Shown here one piece after another: positions 11,804 to 26,885 of a stretch of DNA of 64,000 bases. Origin of the DNA: Ruditapes philippinarum. Lineage: Eukaryota. The DNA lies in the NCBI RefSeq assembly GCF_026571515.1, contig NW_026852705.1, forward strand, positions 434,001-498,000. Direction: 5' to 3'. The notes below the pieces were generated by a model. It ran no database searches. It was not told the DNA's origin and saw nothing but the letters and a program-made list of their open reading frames with translations. Numbering within the stretch: position 1 is the stretch's first letter; every line of letters starts with the position of its first letter. The position numbers and the translations under genes are program-made.

Positions 11804-14800
11804 TTACAATCCAAGGAAAAATGAACGACGCCCTATGGTATTTGGCATATCTCCGCTCGACTGAAATGGAAAAAAACGACATTTGCTAATTTTACATCCA
11901 TAGCTTAATTTACAGTATGGTGCAAAACCGGTGTTCATGTATATAGATGTATAACTGTCAATGTAAACTCCACATTGTATAACTTTCTATGATAATGCAA
12001 TTGAAATCTAAACGTGTATCCATTTAAATCTCATCGGTTCCTTATTCTGATGAAGACTTTTAACTAAAATGTGTAATTTATAAGAAACAAATGAGCTTAC
12101 ATAGTGAGCATTAAACATGGTGGCGGCCTCGCATCCTGCTGGTGGAACATTTAAGTTTTCTGGGGCACTGAGTCCGCCGGTAACGTTCAATACATGAATG
12201 TTTTGAAGAAATGGACCTGAAATTCAAAATTAAAATAGTTATAGAAAATTCCGAAAATCATTTTAGGTATTTGATATATTTATACTGTTCATATTTATTA
12301 CAATTTTCTCGCTCAGGATTTGTGATTGTATTGTTCTACATTTGAATATTTCTTAGGATAAACTGTAGAATTTACCAGCTAGCAATATTGATTAAAGATA
12401 GAAATTGATTTTCAGCGTTGTTTTTAACTTCGACCTAGCATTCAGATCGACGTTGCATGAAATGAAGACATATTTCTATAGCTTGCTTATTATAGCAATG
12501 TGGTATTGATGAACACTTTAACGGACGGACAGACGATCGACAGTACTGGCCATGTACAATAGTTCACGTTGATCATGCTGTGTTCATGTGAGCTAAACAC
12601 TAAACTATTATATATATAAAATAATCAAATAATCAAAGTATATACAGGATACATATACCACTACTGTTTATATTTCCTAAAGATTAACTTGATAACAAAT
12701 CGCTAGAGTCATTCATTGTTTTTAGATATATACCACTTCACAGTGCAGTTTGCTCATAATGCAAAATGGTTAAGAAAATAAAGCATCATGAAAGCAAAAT
12801 AAATTATTCTGCTTTCCATTTACCTGCTCAATTCGTGTAATGGAATTATTAATCTTTAAATTTTGAACAGAACATTTGAAATTTAAGGGATTTAGATATG
12901 ATAATGTAAAGAAACTGAGCTATAATCTATAGAGCCTGGCCAGACTGCACGGATGTGCAGGATTGAGTTAGATGTATGTATACGCGTGACAAAAGATATT
13001 CACTTCCGGTTCAAACAGGCGCCTGTCGCGGATGAGTTCCGCATTTAATGACCTTATTATTAATCGAAAAAACAAGATGTATTTATCTATTATTGAAAGG
13101 ATGTCTTACTGTTATCAAGAGTTCCTCGGATTGTCTCTAGCACTGGTACACAGCTATCTGATGTTACAGAAATGTAAGCGGCAACTGCCCCGTAATCCAA
13201 GCGGAATGTGTCAACTGTCATCGAATTGTCTCCCAAACCTACAACATCTTTACTACCGACCTTTGTTGAATTGTCTGTAATACATAATATGGCATAATAT
13301 GTTAACATATAAACACTATAAAATGTAAAAACATACACTTAACAAAAGTGCTAAGTGAGTGCCTATTTTTTGGAAACAAATTTATAGATAAAAAAAATAT
13401 AAACAATTCTTTTTTATTTATTGTTTCTAGATTTGTGTGCTTTTAATAATAAACCTGACAGTCTTTTTGAGATATCAAAGATTTACGATTAGAATAATGG
13501 TATAACTTAATATCTATTTGGTTTTTAAATTTATTGTTTATTTCATACGATCGCCATGTCCTCTTGACAGATCTAATTGTCTGGACAAAAGACATAAAAA
13601 GTATCTGAAATATTATTTCACATTCTTGCGATTTCTGCACGGAGCTATTGCCTGTCCATAGATATATTTCCCTGTATTTTATGCATACAATTTTATCACA
13701 TTTTCACTATGAGCAAGGTATGTAAATAGCCGCGGAAAAAAGTATTTGAAGAAATTCTCTGAAAACACGGACATAACTGCCTGTCCTGAAAGATGATGGT
13801 ACCAACTATCACGGGTAGTTAACGCGTGTGATAAGTAACCTTATTCCGCGTTGGTTGGGGCGACATGTTGTTTCCTTGAGCGAGAAACTTTATACTAATT
13901 GCTCATTACTGGTTGGTTCCAGGAATAGATTCGAGAGTGAGTCTATAAGCTTAAAGCTCCCTACACAATCAAACTAAAATGAAGTCTGTATAAACCAAAT
14001 GTTACACTGCCTGTGCTTTAGACAAGATGACTGGTCAAATTTGCGAGTAACTATGGACCATTAGGAAGTACATTTTCTTGCATATTGTCACCGTAAGTTC
14101 GTTACATACCTGGGATACAACCTCCGAAGTCTTGTGCCCTCCTATTTAGAGCTTGTTTGTAACATTTTCCTTGATCATTGATTATGTACTTCATGTTCTG
14201 GAGCAAAATAAAAATCAAATAAATATATGTAATTTATGTACACTAGCCCTTAACCTGCCGACAACAAAAGTTATAAGCCTTGCTGACCAGGGTTTATATG
14301 ATGCTGGTTGGAAAATGTCAATGTTTTATCTTGATATCCCTAAAATTTGAGAATGGACAGTTCCAATTTTGTCACATTTACCAGACACAGAATTATACCT
14401 GCATTTCATAAACGGAATAAACAATTCCTTGTGATTGTATATTTTTTTTATTTAAAAGTTAGATCCGGATATGCGGCGTTTTAGGCGTACTGGCCTTTTT
14501 CACAAACTTCACGCCAAAGAAAACTGTTTTTGTCGAAAAATGTCTTTTTGAGACAGAAACAAAGAAAGCAAATGAAAGCAACTTATTTTACAAAATGTTT
14601 ACAATTTCAGGCAAATTCAGGCTTATAGGAGTTTGGAGCGCACCTCGCTTAGAATATATAAAATCCTTCACTATAAAGAAACATGCATATTTATTTGTGG
14701 ACAGTATCATTCTTACAAAATGTCTTACCGTGTTATAATCTAAGAGAGCCCCTAATCTTCTTTGTGGTTTGCCTCCCATAGAGATGTATTCATATTGTCC

Positions 14801-16908
14801 AATCTTTTTGTTTACAGCGTCATAAGCCATCGAAACATAGCCCTGAAATAAATAAACATGATACTGCGTGAAAACGGCTGACACCCATTTCTCACTTAAG
14901 ATCTTTCTGTTATCATAATCTAGGATCATGCAACGTATAAATGAGCCGCGTCACGACAAAACCAACGTAATGGGTTTGCGACCAGCATGAGTCCAGACCA
15001 GCCTGCGCATCCGCGCAGTCTGATCAGGATCCATGCTGTTCGCTATCAGTTTTTCTACTTGTAATAGGGTTTGTAGGCGAACAGCATGGATCCTGATCAG
15101 ACTACGCGGATGCGCAGGCTCGTCTGGATCCATGCTGGTCGCAAACCCATTATGTTGGACGGTTTTGTAATGACGCGTCTCAAATGATGTTTACACATTT
15201 TTCATTCTGTTATATGGTCCATATGTAGCACGCGCCTTAAAAAAACATGACAATGGTGATAAATTGAGGATTTTGAAACATCCGCAGATGTGTTCCGTGA
15301 AACACTTCACTAATATTGTTGTACTATTGCACATACAGCTGCTTAAAGAATTTATGTCCTTTCAACAAGGAAGCAATGGGCGGAATTAAAAAAAAATGAA
15401 TTCAAAGGCGGGGGCATAGGCTGTGAAACCTGCAGGAGTTTAAATTTATAACGCAAATAAATTATATTAAAGAAAAATATTGATGAGAGACTGTCTTACT
15501 TATACAAAAGTAGCAGAACCTAATTTTCTCTATCAATATTTTTTTAGTGTAACTTATCATTTCCTAATGTTATAGAAATAAAATTGTTAAAACCAACTCA
15601 GGATTTTTGTTCTTGTTGTCAAATTTTTAAATTTCGGGTGTTGCTTTCAAACAAGACTCTGATTTCATTTCTTTTTCTTTGTTTTTGTGTGACTTTTAAT
15701 ACTTATAATTTCAGGAACACCACTTTGTTTATTTTGCTATGCATCTTTACAAATTTTATGTGAATGGGAATTCTATTACAAATCTTAACTGTACAAGACA
15801 AAACATATACATATCTCAAATCTAATGACATATTCGAAAAATAGATATCGACAGGCAATTCAAAAACAGGGTAATACCGCATGCGAAAATTAAAAACGAC
15901 TCTAAGTTCTAAGAACGAGTGTTATTTGGTTCTTTTAAATTTGTTTTTTGACATTGCATTTAATATTCTAAAAATAGAATAAATAAAAGTACAAACTTAA
16001 CAGCAAGATCTTTTAAAGATGGACATCACTTTAATGCCCAATACAGAATAATCTGAAGTGTTTTGAGTCGCTGAGTGAAATGCATGTATACTATATCTTG
16101 GTTACCGTTCTTTAGATTGAAAGCGTGACAAAGTACAACAAACAGCGTAAAAATTGCTTCTTAGTTACTGACTTATGTCCGCAGTTTTTAGATTGTCTAA
16201 CTAATATTTTGGAAAAAATAAAGAACACGGCGTAAGGTAAAGGGAATTCTTTTCGATGAAAATGGCGCCAAAAGTGAGATTTGAGAAGTGAGATTTCAGA
16301 TATTTTTAACAATATCTTTGCACTCTTGGAATTATTTAAAAAGATAACACTTCATCTATTGAGATATAAAAGCACATTATGTCTCAGAAATTCAAATCGT
16401 TTTTGATCCTTTAGAAATGCCAAACAAAATGTTTTAATAATTTATATAGAGCATGTTAGATGTTCAACAACTGAAGAAATTAACATTGCACCTGTAATTA
16501 TATGTTGTAAAGGTAGCAAAATAAAACAAAGTAATATGTTGACGTCCATATAAAATACTTATTCACTATAATTTACCTATCTCCAACATAGCAAAATAAG
16601 TAAACTATATCTTGATAATAATTATAAAACGTTTTGAGAAATAAAAATGGTAGCATGTCTGTTTAAAAGCCACTTTGATAAATTTATACATGAAAATAAA
16701 CTTGCGTGTACAATTTGTAGTAAAACCGTTTTTGCGAAAATTGAATTGAAATAAAATATTAATAAAAACTTACTGTTGATACAATAGGTTTTCCATTATG
16801 TACGATGGTTGTCACAAAGGAAGTTGTACCCTCCCATTGAGGTGGTACACAACAAATAGAGGCGGCCGCAGCACCGATACACGCAAGAAGAGCTACAATA
16901 GAATACAT
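11804..16908 (-). CDS. Ependymin-related protein (EPDR) paralog A, 224 aa, secreted
   Basis: Six exons: 16908-16774, 14842-14729, 14197-14110, 13274-13110, 12216-12101, 11860-11804, all GT-AG, phases 0,0,1,1,0. Protein: MYSIVALLACIGAAAASICCVPPQWEG...AYDAVNKK...KCYK...GCIP...SCVPV...NVPPAGC...IGRRSFFLGL*. It has a signal peptide and the CCxPxQWEG, YD, CIP, CVP and C-terminal PxxC motifs of invertebrate EPDRs. AATAAA follows the stop. Confidence 0.92.
13845..13990 (+). mobile_element. SINE remnant (same family as 61225-61456 and ~10350-10470)
   Basis: CCTTGAGCGAGAAACTTTA...ACTGGTTGGTTCCAGGAATAGATTCGAGAG...ACACAATCAAACT is the reverse complement of 61225-61313. Confidence 0.6.
14942..15182. mobile_element. 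Palindromic MITE copy 2 (EPDR-A intron 1)
   Basis: Same TIRs, flanked AA/AA. Confidence 0.9.
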
Positions 16909-18616
16909 GTTTACTTCTAGAGGTCAAACACAGAATGAATTCACAACGATATTTTTCATCATAGCCTTTGCCGACCTAATTATACCTTTTTACACCGCAG
17001 ATAACATACGATAATAAATAGGTCATTTGGAATTTGTCAAAGAATGGGTGTGTCATAAGTTTTGGTACAGATTACGCTTTTACAACATCATAATATGGAC
17101 GTTACTATCAAATCATGGAATATTATTTTGTAAGAAACATCCAAATTGAAATTTATTTTTTTAAAGTATGAAAGCAGATTTGTTTGAATGATAGTAACTT
17201 TTAAAAAGAGACTTTGAATGGTGATTGTCCGGGTTTATTTTTACTAATTGGCGGATTGTAATCTTTTTTTACTTTTGTATCAACCCTCGTCTTAAATTGC
17301 GCCCTTTAAGGTACCCCTCCATTATATCTAATAAGATAGTTGACCATCTGACATGGTGTATGATAAGAGATGATAGTTCACATAGTTTGACACTGATAAA
17401 GTACTCACAGATGGCACTGTGTCATTTAATATTAACTAATACCGAATGACTTTAGAGTAAATTGTTGCTAAATACGCGATAAGTTGATGTTTAAGTAGTT
17501 AAGACCACATTGCACAATGTTATTGGCCAAAGATAGGAAAAACAAAAAAACGTACATACTTCCAATTTCAAAATGTCTTTAAAACATAATTATTTCTGTA
17601 TTCATTTTAATAAAAATGCATATTGAAAAGTCGGTTTTCTTTGGGTGATACCAATATGTGAATATCTGGTGTGAGTTGTAGAAATTAAGTTTCTTTTGTT
17701 TTAAAACGGGAAGTGATCTTAATTAATAATTTACCCAGTAAATTTGTTATAAAGATTGTGGCCGTGTTGTTTGTACCAGAGATAGGGGCCATTTATTTCA
17801 AATGTGTGTCCAAAAGTATAATTAGTCTCATTTGAAAGCAAAATGTGTACAGATTCCAAAAATCCATTTCTTAAAAAAGTCCTCTTTTACAATCACCGGA
17901 AATCCAAGATGGCCGCCAAGATGGCCGCCAAATTTAAAGAAATCACCCTGTATAATAAAAAATATATTTCTGAGTGTATCTTTTGATATCTAATATTGTT
18001 TTATTACTGCAAATGATAGGATGTATATTATTTTACATGAATTTAATTCTTTTAAAATAAATATGTATCTTTCTAGGAGGAAATGTGCCTAAAACCAACA
18101 AAAATATGCTAAAATTAATGAGTTTTTGTGTTGAAAACGGTTTTTAAATCCATCAGAATGAGTTTTTATATGCAAATTTTATCATTTTGTGTATTGCAAT
18201 ACAATCCAATCCTCGCCCAGTGGATCCGGTTATATAAGCTGTATTTTTATGTTGTTCTTTCTGTTGTTTCGTTTTCTCAAAGTTATCGTTATACGTCTTG
18301 TATTAGAATACGTTTTGGTTTATCAAATCTACGTTTCTAATTTGCCAACGTCTTTATCAATAAGTTTTGACCATATATCGGGACGTTTGAAAACACTGGC
18401 GGTCATCAAAATAGAGAACGGATGGTGAAGTAGAAGTTCCGACTTCTTATGATTTTACGTTCGAAACCATACAGTGGCGATGTTTTCTTTATAATGCAAC
18501 AACGCAAAATGCCTATAAAACTCTTATTATATGTGAAGATTTAAGCTAATAATGTCGTATGTACAGTGTTCTTGCTTTTAAATGTGCATACTTATATAAA
18601 ATGTTTATATAACAAG

Positions 18617-18672
18617 TTCATTCATTCATTCATTCATTCATTCATTCATTCATTCATCCATCCACTCATCCA
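18617..18672. repeat. (TTCA)n microsatellite
   Basis: Directly visible. Confidence 0.95.
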
Positions 18673-20058
18673 TTTATGTATGTATGTACATGTTTTATTT
18701 TTGTACGAGGCAACAAGTGAAATAAACTATTCGCAAGTTATATACAAGGTTAATCTATAACTTAAAGATATAAAATGTGCTTACATATACACCGTAGGCG
18801 TTTTGCCCACTTCCAAAAGGCGTCATGCCCCGGGCACGGGGCAAGTTGATGCCCCGGGCACGGGGCAAGTTGACCGATAATTTATATGAAAAAGGATGGT
18901 ATTTGAACTACCGTTTTGTCTTAAATTTGGCTATGTAAATATATGCTTCAAATAAAAATTTCCCTTTAGACAGGGTATATATTTTTGTAGATTCATCGTA
19001 AAAACATTCTTAAGGTATACGTATTTGCCCCATGATACTTAACGTAAAAATGAAGCTCTCATCAAGCTCAAATATGAAAATAACGGCCTTTAAAATGACT
19101 AAAGGGTTGAGCTTTTCGTAGAGAACCAACAAGCAAGATAGCAAACAAGCATGCATACATTCAAACAAACAAACAAACAAGCAAACAAACAAGAGCATGT
19201 CTCACGGCCCAAAGATGCGTCAGATGAGACAAGGGAGCGCCTTAGAAGCTGCTATGGGGACGGGCGGGGGTATGAACAAATTTACAGATAGTGTCCAGTC
19301 TTTTAAAAGTCATATACAAATTCTCAGAGAGAATGATTGTTTATCTGCCCTTTGCAGAGCCTCTTTGGATAGATAAATTTTAGATAAAAATCTGACTACA
19401 TTTATTTAGACTCGTCTATCTTTAACGGGTGCTGAGTAAGTTTGTTTCCCATAATTTATCATTTATTTCCTACAGGACGTTTGAAATAATCATCAAATAA
19501 TCACTATTGGCTAAAATTTGCATTACTTTTCAAACTTACTTTGAAAGAAACGGTTGTTAAATCGAGGTTAGTATTTTTTTTACGTTTTTTTTTCTTTTTT
19601 TTTCATTTCCGTAAGAATTATATTATTTTTATTTTTTATTGCTTATTGTAGTGTTTTGTCATTTATATTTTTTGGAGTTCATATCCAATAAATGTTTGAT
19701 TTTCATTTAAATTAATATTAAAGTTTAAAAGTGTAATTCAACTGAGTTTGAAAATACTAGTTCTACAGAGAGAAAACATTATTTTATTCGTTCGTTTCAT
19801 AGGAACTTAAAATATTAAAACATGTTTGATGTCATATTTAGTTATTTTTACTAGATCTACGACAATTCGAAAAATCAGATATGTTTTATCTGTTTCATTT
19901 GAATGGAAGATAGTTATTATTTTTAATTCTTGCATTACTTAAAAATCCATTTCTATGTCATCTTGAAATTAATTAATTAATTGATTAATAAATAAAACTT
20001 GTAAGAAAATGTTTGTACAATAAATATACAATGTGTTATCATTTATTGCAGTTCAATA

Positions 20059-23000
20059 ATGTTCGTATTTTTCGCTGCTATTTTGTCGTCTGCCGCCGCA
20101 GCTGATATATGCTGCTCCCCCGACCAGTGGCAAGCTGATGTTGGTTTGGTCATGGGTCGCGTTAGCAACGGAAAGACGTCATTTATTGAGGTATTTTATA
20201 TAATTTTTCTAAGTATCTAATTAATAATATATCTAAATCACGTGATTATGTGAATAACAATAACTATCCATTTTGTCGAACATTTCGATAAACACGGTTA
20301 CCCTCACAAAATGATTTTTCAAATTCCAATATTTTTATGATTGTTTATTTTAAAAAAATATGTTAGACGGAAAACTCGGTTTTCAAATATTTTGAATCTC
20401 GATTTTTTAGCCGCCTCGAAATTCAACTATGGATTGAAACTTGTGTTAAAAAATTCTGAATTTCGATTTTCGAATTGGCTTGAAATTCAACGTAATATCG
20501 ATATTAATGAATATCGATTTTCGACCTGGCTCGAAGTTCAGCGCTGGCTCGGAATTTTCTTTATATTGAATTTCAGTTTTCGATGTCATTGCTAAACTAC
20601 TGAAATATATAAATACATGTATTTTACAGAAAATGTCAAGGATAAAAACTCAGTGAATTAAATACTGACAAATATACCGACTACTATAAAATTTCCATTA
20701 GTTTACTCATAATGCATAACTTCATTTAAAAATATATTGAAATTCATCACATATTTCTTGCTGTTTACAAAATGTGCAGATTCTATTTGTCAATTGTCTT
20801 TCACCTCTGATTCAAAACCATACGGAATTAGTAATATGTCTTTTGCAGAAATATTCGTTATAACTGGTAAGTTAGCCAGGAAGGCCGGATAGATGAACGG
20901 ACCACCAAGAAATAACCAAAATTTGTTGAAATCGTCGTAACCCCCTCCAAACAAATAATTAAACTAATATTTTGTTTTTCAACAATCATATATTCTGTAA
21001 GCAAGGTAAAATTGATACACTATTTGTCTTATAGGGTATGATGCATACATCTTATGACGCAGTTAACAAGATTGTTGCCTACGACCAAGAATTAAGCGTC
21101 GACGGTTTTCAATTGAAACAGAGGATTGTAAGCGATTATAAAAATGTAAGAAAAACCTTTATATACAATTCATGCTTTTATATTAATTGTAGACAAAGTG
21201 AAATGTTCAGTTTTGATGCCAGACGTTTAATACCCGGATGAAAGCAAGTACCCGGATGACAGCAAATACCCGGATTATGTTAAATATTCGGATGATATTA
21301 TATACATTTGTACTTTGATGATATTAAATGCACGGATGACCCATGTCATTAAATACACATGAAATATTAAAAACGTGAATGATGTGACATTAAATAATCG
21401 CATTAAAATGGGAATTATTTGCTTACAGAACGTTATGTACAAAGTTAGAGACGGAGTTTGCAACAGAACCAAAATTGACAACTGGGTACCATCATGTATA
21501 CCAGGTATTATTTATTATTATATTTTTAATCCAAACCTTGTCGAATTTGTGTAATGGATTTGACTTGCTTTTACTTGGAACAGTCCATTATGGCAATTAA
21601 GTGATTTCATTACCAAATGACAAATACAAAACTACCAAAAGTATATAGACTGCACGGATGTGCATGCTAGTCCGGCTCTATGCTGGTGGCAAAGGTTAAA
21701 CGCTGTCAGTTAAAGCAGATTAAGGGTTCATTATATATTGTTGTTTTCATTAAAGTCAGAATATTTAATGTTGATTTATGATGACTCTTCTCTTTAATAT
21801 TTTTTTCAGAATGTTTATATTTCATCAAATTCTATCGATAGTTTCCACTACTCTTTTACAGTCAATAATTTATATACATAAAATTCTTTTCTAACACACT
21901 TTATCCAGGTTTCTTATTCTTTGGAAAAAAAAAAACAGTAAAAATAGCATGTTAATTCTTTCAGAGCTGTTTTCTAGAAATAAATTGTAAATGCTTCACA
22001 TAAGTAGTCCGGCATACGTCTGTAAAATATGAAATGTGTTGGTCACAAATCCAACCAGTCTTATTTTTTTTCATACATTTTAACAATTTATACAATACAT
22101 ACATAGCTCAAGTAGTTGTACTAGATCTGTATGAATAATTGCTATTTCACTGTAAATTTACGTTTTATTTGTTGCAAATTACAATGTCCATTGTGTAAGA
22201 GTGATCGACATATTATGTAAAACTCGCACATAACGTAGTTTTAAATATGTTGACCAATATTTCATAGGAAACGCTACAAAATTGTCGGCAAATTCAAGGT
22301 ATGGTCTTGGCGGCAACTCTGTAAACGTAAAGGCATACAATATTCAATATGGTGGATATGACGTAAGCATTGCCGTCACTTCCGACACGTGCGTGCCGGT
22401 GACAGAGGTCATTACCGGAACTCTGGACCCTGTATTTGCTGGAGACTACACAGGTTAGTTGAGATGAATTCATAACTTTTTCCTTTCCTGAAGGTAACAT
22501 AAATATCACCATGGACTTAAATTCGTTATGCTGCACATTTCACACGGTTATCATAATAAAAGATCGACATGAGATTGACACCGATTCAACCTCTTATCAG
22601 GTCATTCAAAGTAAAACTACTGTAAAACAAAAACTAACGTGCACTACTTGTATACAAGGTAATCTAAACATGTATTGGTTTCATTTGACATGACAACAAA
22701 ACTAATTAAAAAATTTTTAACTAAAAATACAAAAAAAACAATATACAGTACACATTTAAAATATCATTCTTTATACGGAATTTTTTGTTCAAGCTCAATT
22801 TAATTATTTTTCAGTTTGCATGTTTTGTTGATTTTTTTTATTTACTTATGGAAATGATTGAATACATGTATATTGTTCTTGTTCAGTGGAAATGATGCAG
22901 GCACTCACATTTGCCAATATCAAGGGTGGAATAGCCAATAGAGATGTATTCTTTGTCCCAGCTCAGTGCGAATCGCAAAACGTACAGGTGTGTTCTTCTC

Positions 23001-23786
23001 TCTATATATTTATCATTATATTGCAGTCTTACAACGCCGTATATTGTTGTCTGTTTATGCCAGTTTGAAATAAAAAAAAGAAACTAATACTGGCGGGGAA
23101 ATGGTTCCTACTCAATCTAGCTATTATCATTGGACAACAAACAAGACTATATACATGTAATTTCTCTTTTCGAGCGTACACAAGAGACATGTAAGGAATC
23201 AATGTTGAAAAAAACGACTAAAATGAAACATGTTTGTAACTCGGTCTTTTTAGATCGTTGTAATGATACAAAGTATATCAAATTATGATGCAAAAATAAC
23301 AAGAAAGCTCCATTTTATACCTTTAAAGTTGCATGAATCAAGATAACCAAAATATTTCAAGAAAATCAAATTTTAGTTAATGTACGATTTCAAGATCAGT
23401 AAAAAAATAATATTCAAGTAATAATGTACATGTTATTTGCGGTTAATGACTGATTCATCACCTTATTTATACTGCGTGACTAACGCAGTAAAGGCTTCTT
23501 TTGCATATTGTGTAAGGGCCGTTTGCAATAAGTAAATTACTTTCTTTGTAAATTTCATCAAATACATGTACATTTTCAAAATGTTCATGTAAATTAGCAT
23601 GAATCTGGAGGCATACTGCTTTAAGTATGCATTCCGTTGGCGTAAATATGTTTGTACAATTGGCAAACTATATACATATATGTAGTTGATAATGTAACAA
23701 AGTTTATATGCATTTATATACATGTGTGAATATTTCTTTATTTTCAGATGCCAGTTGGAAAAAGATCTCTGTTTTATCATCAATAA
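20059..23786 (+). CDS. Ependymin-related protein (EPDR) paralog B, 214 aa, secreted
   Basis: Six exons: 20059-20190, 21035-21145, 21429-21504, 22268-22453, 22887-22987, 23748-23786, with the same intron phases as paralog A. Protein: MFVFFAAILSSAAAADICCSPDQWQAD...SYDAVNKI...CNRT...SCIP...TCVPVTE...FFVPAQC...MPVGKRSLFYHQ*. Confidence 0.93.
21530..21730. mobile_element. Degenerate palindromic repeat family (other remnants ~12820-13045, 14245-14365, 31665-32042, 36828-37060, 38960-39160)
   Basis: Shared motifs TAATGGAC, GGAACAGTCCAT, GACTGCACGGATGTGCA, CTCTATACTGGTGG and AAGGGTT termini. Confidence 0.5.
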
Positions 23787-24505
23787 TTCTTTATTCAAAA
23801 TATGTTTGCAAATAAATGATAAAATTCTAGTTAAATTAGTATGTTATTTTTTCTAGATTTATTAGATCACGCTTGGTAAATGAAAGAGCTACCTCTTTCG
23901 GAGTTATACGGTAAATTGCTCTATCGCTACTTCCGAGCTAGTGCATGTCGTCAAGTGTTTTCATTTTTTATATATTTTGTAAACTTTACACTAAATATCG
24001 AAATTCGGAGAATGCTATGCCATGAGGATTTAAATAAAGTTTACAGAAAACGTAAAGTTGTTATATTTGTGTTTGAAATGTAATTGTGGCGGTGTTTCCC
24101 AGTTAGCGAATTTAGCATTGAAATGGACCGTTTCATCATGAAACAGATTATTTTTCCTCCAATTTTCATGTAAACAGCGATTCAGATTAAAAACAAAAAC
24201 GTTTCAAGTAGATATAAGGTCAAGAAATAAAATAAGATTGAAAGCAGTAATATGTCGCAACGCCGCTAAATGTCGCACTTGTTGTTAAATATCGCACCAT
24301 TGCTGCCAAATGTCGCAAAATCTTCTACAGTTAACATACAATATTTTATACCACATGTAATGAGTGTTTATCAGAGCACAAGCATTTCTTTTGCATGTTT
24401 TATTATATTTTATGATAGCTGACATAACAAACTAAATACACATATAATACAATAATGTCTGTACACAGAAATACACAACGCACATCTAAAATGTGCATGA
24501 TAAAA

Positions 24506-24720
24506 TGAGCAGCGTCACGACAAAACCAACGTAATGCGTTTGCGACCAGCATGGATCCAGATCAGCCTGCGCATCCGCGCAGTCTGATCAAAATCCATGC
24601 TGTTCGCTATCAGTTTCTCTACTTGTAATAGGGTTTGTATGCGAACAGCATGGATCCTGAGCAGACTGCGCAGATGCTGGTTGTAAACCCATTATGTTGG
24701 TTTTGTTATGGCGCGGCTCA
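24506..24720. mobile_element. Palindromic MITE copy 3
   Basis: Same TIRs, small internal deletion in the right arm, flanked AA/AA. Confidence 0.9.
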
Positions 24721-25228
24721 AATACACTAGATAAAATAGTCAACAATTATAATAAAAGTTAAACATGCACAAAATATGATATGAATTGCTCTTGCACTGA
24801 TGTGTGTATTTAACGAAATGGTCAAACGTAATAAAATATGTTCATAACGTAATGAAGAATGCACGAGCGTATAGTCTGATTTTATTGACCTGTCAATTAT
24901 GAATACATTATAGGACTCATTTAAATATTCGATCCCACTTCGGTTTGGTCCGTGTAGTTTACGAGAATTAATGTGGAGTATATTAGTCATGTTTTGAAAG
25001 TCACGCCAGCTTCGTTAATTCCAATAGGACAGTCGGTAAAGAGAATGCCTGATAATTGAGAGGTCTGTGGTTCGATCCTTACTGTTGGCCTTTATTTATT
25101 TTTGCAGTATATTTTAAAGGAACAGATTTGTTGTGTGTTTTACGGCATTGAAAAGGCATTTATTGATTTTAATCCGTTTTAATTTTAAATATGAATTCTT
25201 AAAGCATGTTATTTAAAAAGAGTATAGA

Positions 25229-25352
25229 CTTTAAAAAATTAAGTAAAACATAAGAAAAAACGAACAACATAAAATAATCATATATAGCTTTAAAAAATTA
25301 AGTAAAACATAATAAAACAAAACGAACAACATAAAATAATCATATATAGCTT
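25229..25352. repeat. Tandem duplication, ~60 bp x2
   Basis: CTTTAAAAAATTAAGTAAAACATAA...CGAACAACATAAAATAATCATATATAG occurs twice. Confidence 0.8.
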
Positions 25353-26885
25353 CAATAAAGTTGAACGTATTAATAAGAAAAAAAACATGGACCAACGCGG
25401 TCTCGAACTTAAAACACGTGTGGTACTTAGATTATAAACTCTTGCTTTACCCTATTGCGCTATAACGCTTGGTACACCTTGTTAAAAGATACAAATTAAA
25501 TTGAATTTCATCGTGAAGCGTACATCACACGGAACTTACCGAAAATTTATATAATGTGTGCATCGACCGTGTAATCAGTATGTAATTGACAGGTTAATAA
25601 AACCAAACAATATATGCAATGGAATGTTCACTGTATATAAACATATTTTTATCATTTAGGACCATAACTTAAAGAATTAAGAACATAATTTAATGAAGTA
25701 TATACGTTATTAAGCGTATGACATTTTTCGTTAATTTTTGGACATTTATCGTTAAAGGAGTTTTGGACATTTATCGGCGATTGAGACATTTATCGTCAAT
25801 TTTTGGACATTTATCGTCGTTTGGACATTTTTCGACGTTTGGACATATATCGGCGCTACACGCATTCTTATGAAATTTAAACACTTTACAAAGGGATAAA
25901 TATTTCGAAAACAGGAAAAGAACTTTTGCGCTATCCGTCGACTTATTTTATGGCTTGATTGTGTAAATAAAGATTGTGTAAATCAGAAGACTTTAGAAAA
26001 TTACAAATTGAAGAATTTTATTTTGTTATATAATGAAGCATTTTCGTCCGTGGTCGAGTGAGTGAAAAAGGTTGTTGACACCCTCACGAGTGAGTTCGAG
26101 TTCTGCCAGGGACTTCTGATCCTTTCAAATGAGTATGCTGGATTACAGGATTACTTCTTATTGCTCGATCTCTTGTTTCAAAGTACCATCAACAAATATT
26201 GTCGAAAGAAAACTTTCTTGTCCTTTAAATTAGATTCGCTTTTATTGTATAACATGTATTCTAATATATATCATATTGATGGATGACATTTTAACTCATT
26301 GATTGCTCACGTCTATTGCGTTTAATATACCAGGGGTGTTCAAATATGAATGCAACTGGGTCAATTTTTAGAAGTGCTTACCAAACAGTGCCAAAATAAT
26401 TATCCCAATCCTTCAAAATACTCACCGCCATGTGATATACAAAGTTATAGTCTTTTAATCCATTTTTCAAAATGTGTTTTCGTAATCTTTTCGAGGTGTG
26501 CACTGTTCAGACACTAGAAAATAGCCGAACCGAGATTTTTCCGTCAGCAAGGTGTTTTTTTTTTACCCTCGGAAATAGGAAAAGTCACAAGGGGCAAGAT
26601 CTGGCAAATAAGGAGGGTGAGGAAGTTCAGATATTCTCGTACAATGGTCGCGTTGTGTATTAATAACCGACAAGACTATCGCAGTCTTGTGTGTTCTATA
26701 ATAACATTAAGCTATTGCATAAAATGTGCAAAAAAAGCATTTCAATACCCAGTCTATTAACTGTGCACTAGACTCTAGATCTCGCGGCGGCAGCGTCGTA
26801 CGCTACACATCGTTGAGAGGTAAACATCCATGCGCAGTAGTTCTGTAAATATTAGACCTATTGGAACTATTTGTAAATGCATAAT

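Larger units (their letters stand above)
24245..25860. mobile_element. Possible 1.6-kb non-autonomous element with inverted subterminal motif arrays, hosting MITE copy 3
   Basis: AAATGTCGCA x4 at 24250-24320 and TGGACATTTATCG x6 at 25738-25855, ending GCTACA. The left terminus is not resolved. Confidence 0.4.

Noticed and set aside
14951-15133. ORF MDPDEPAHPRSLIRIHAVR (and similar ORFs at 38090-38355)
   Set aside because: Translation of the palindromic MITE.
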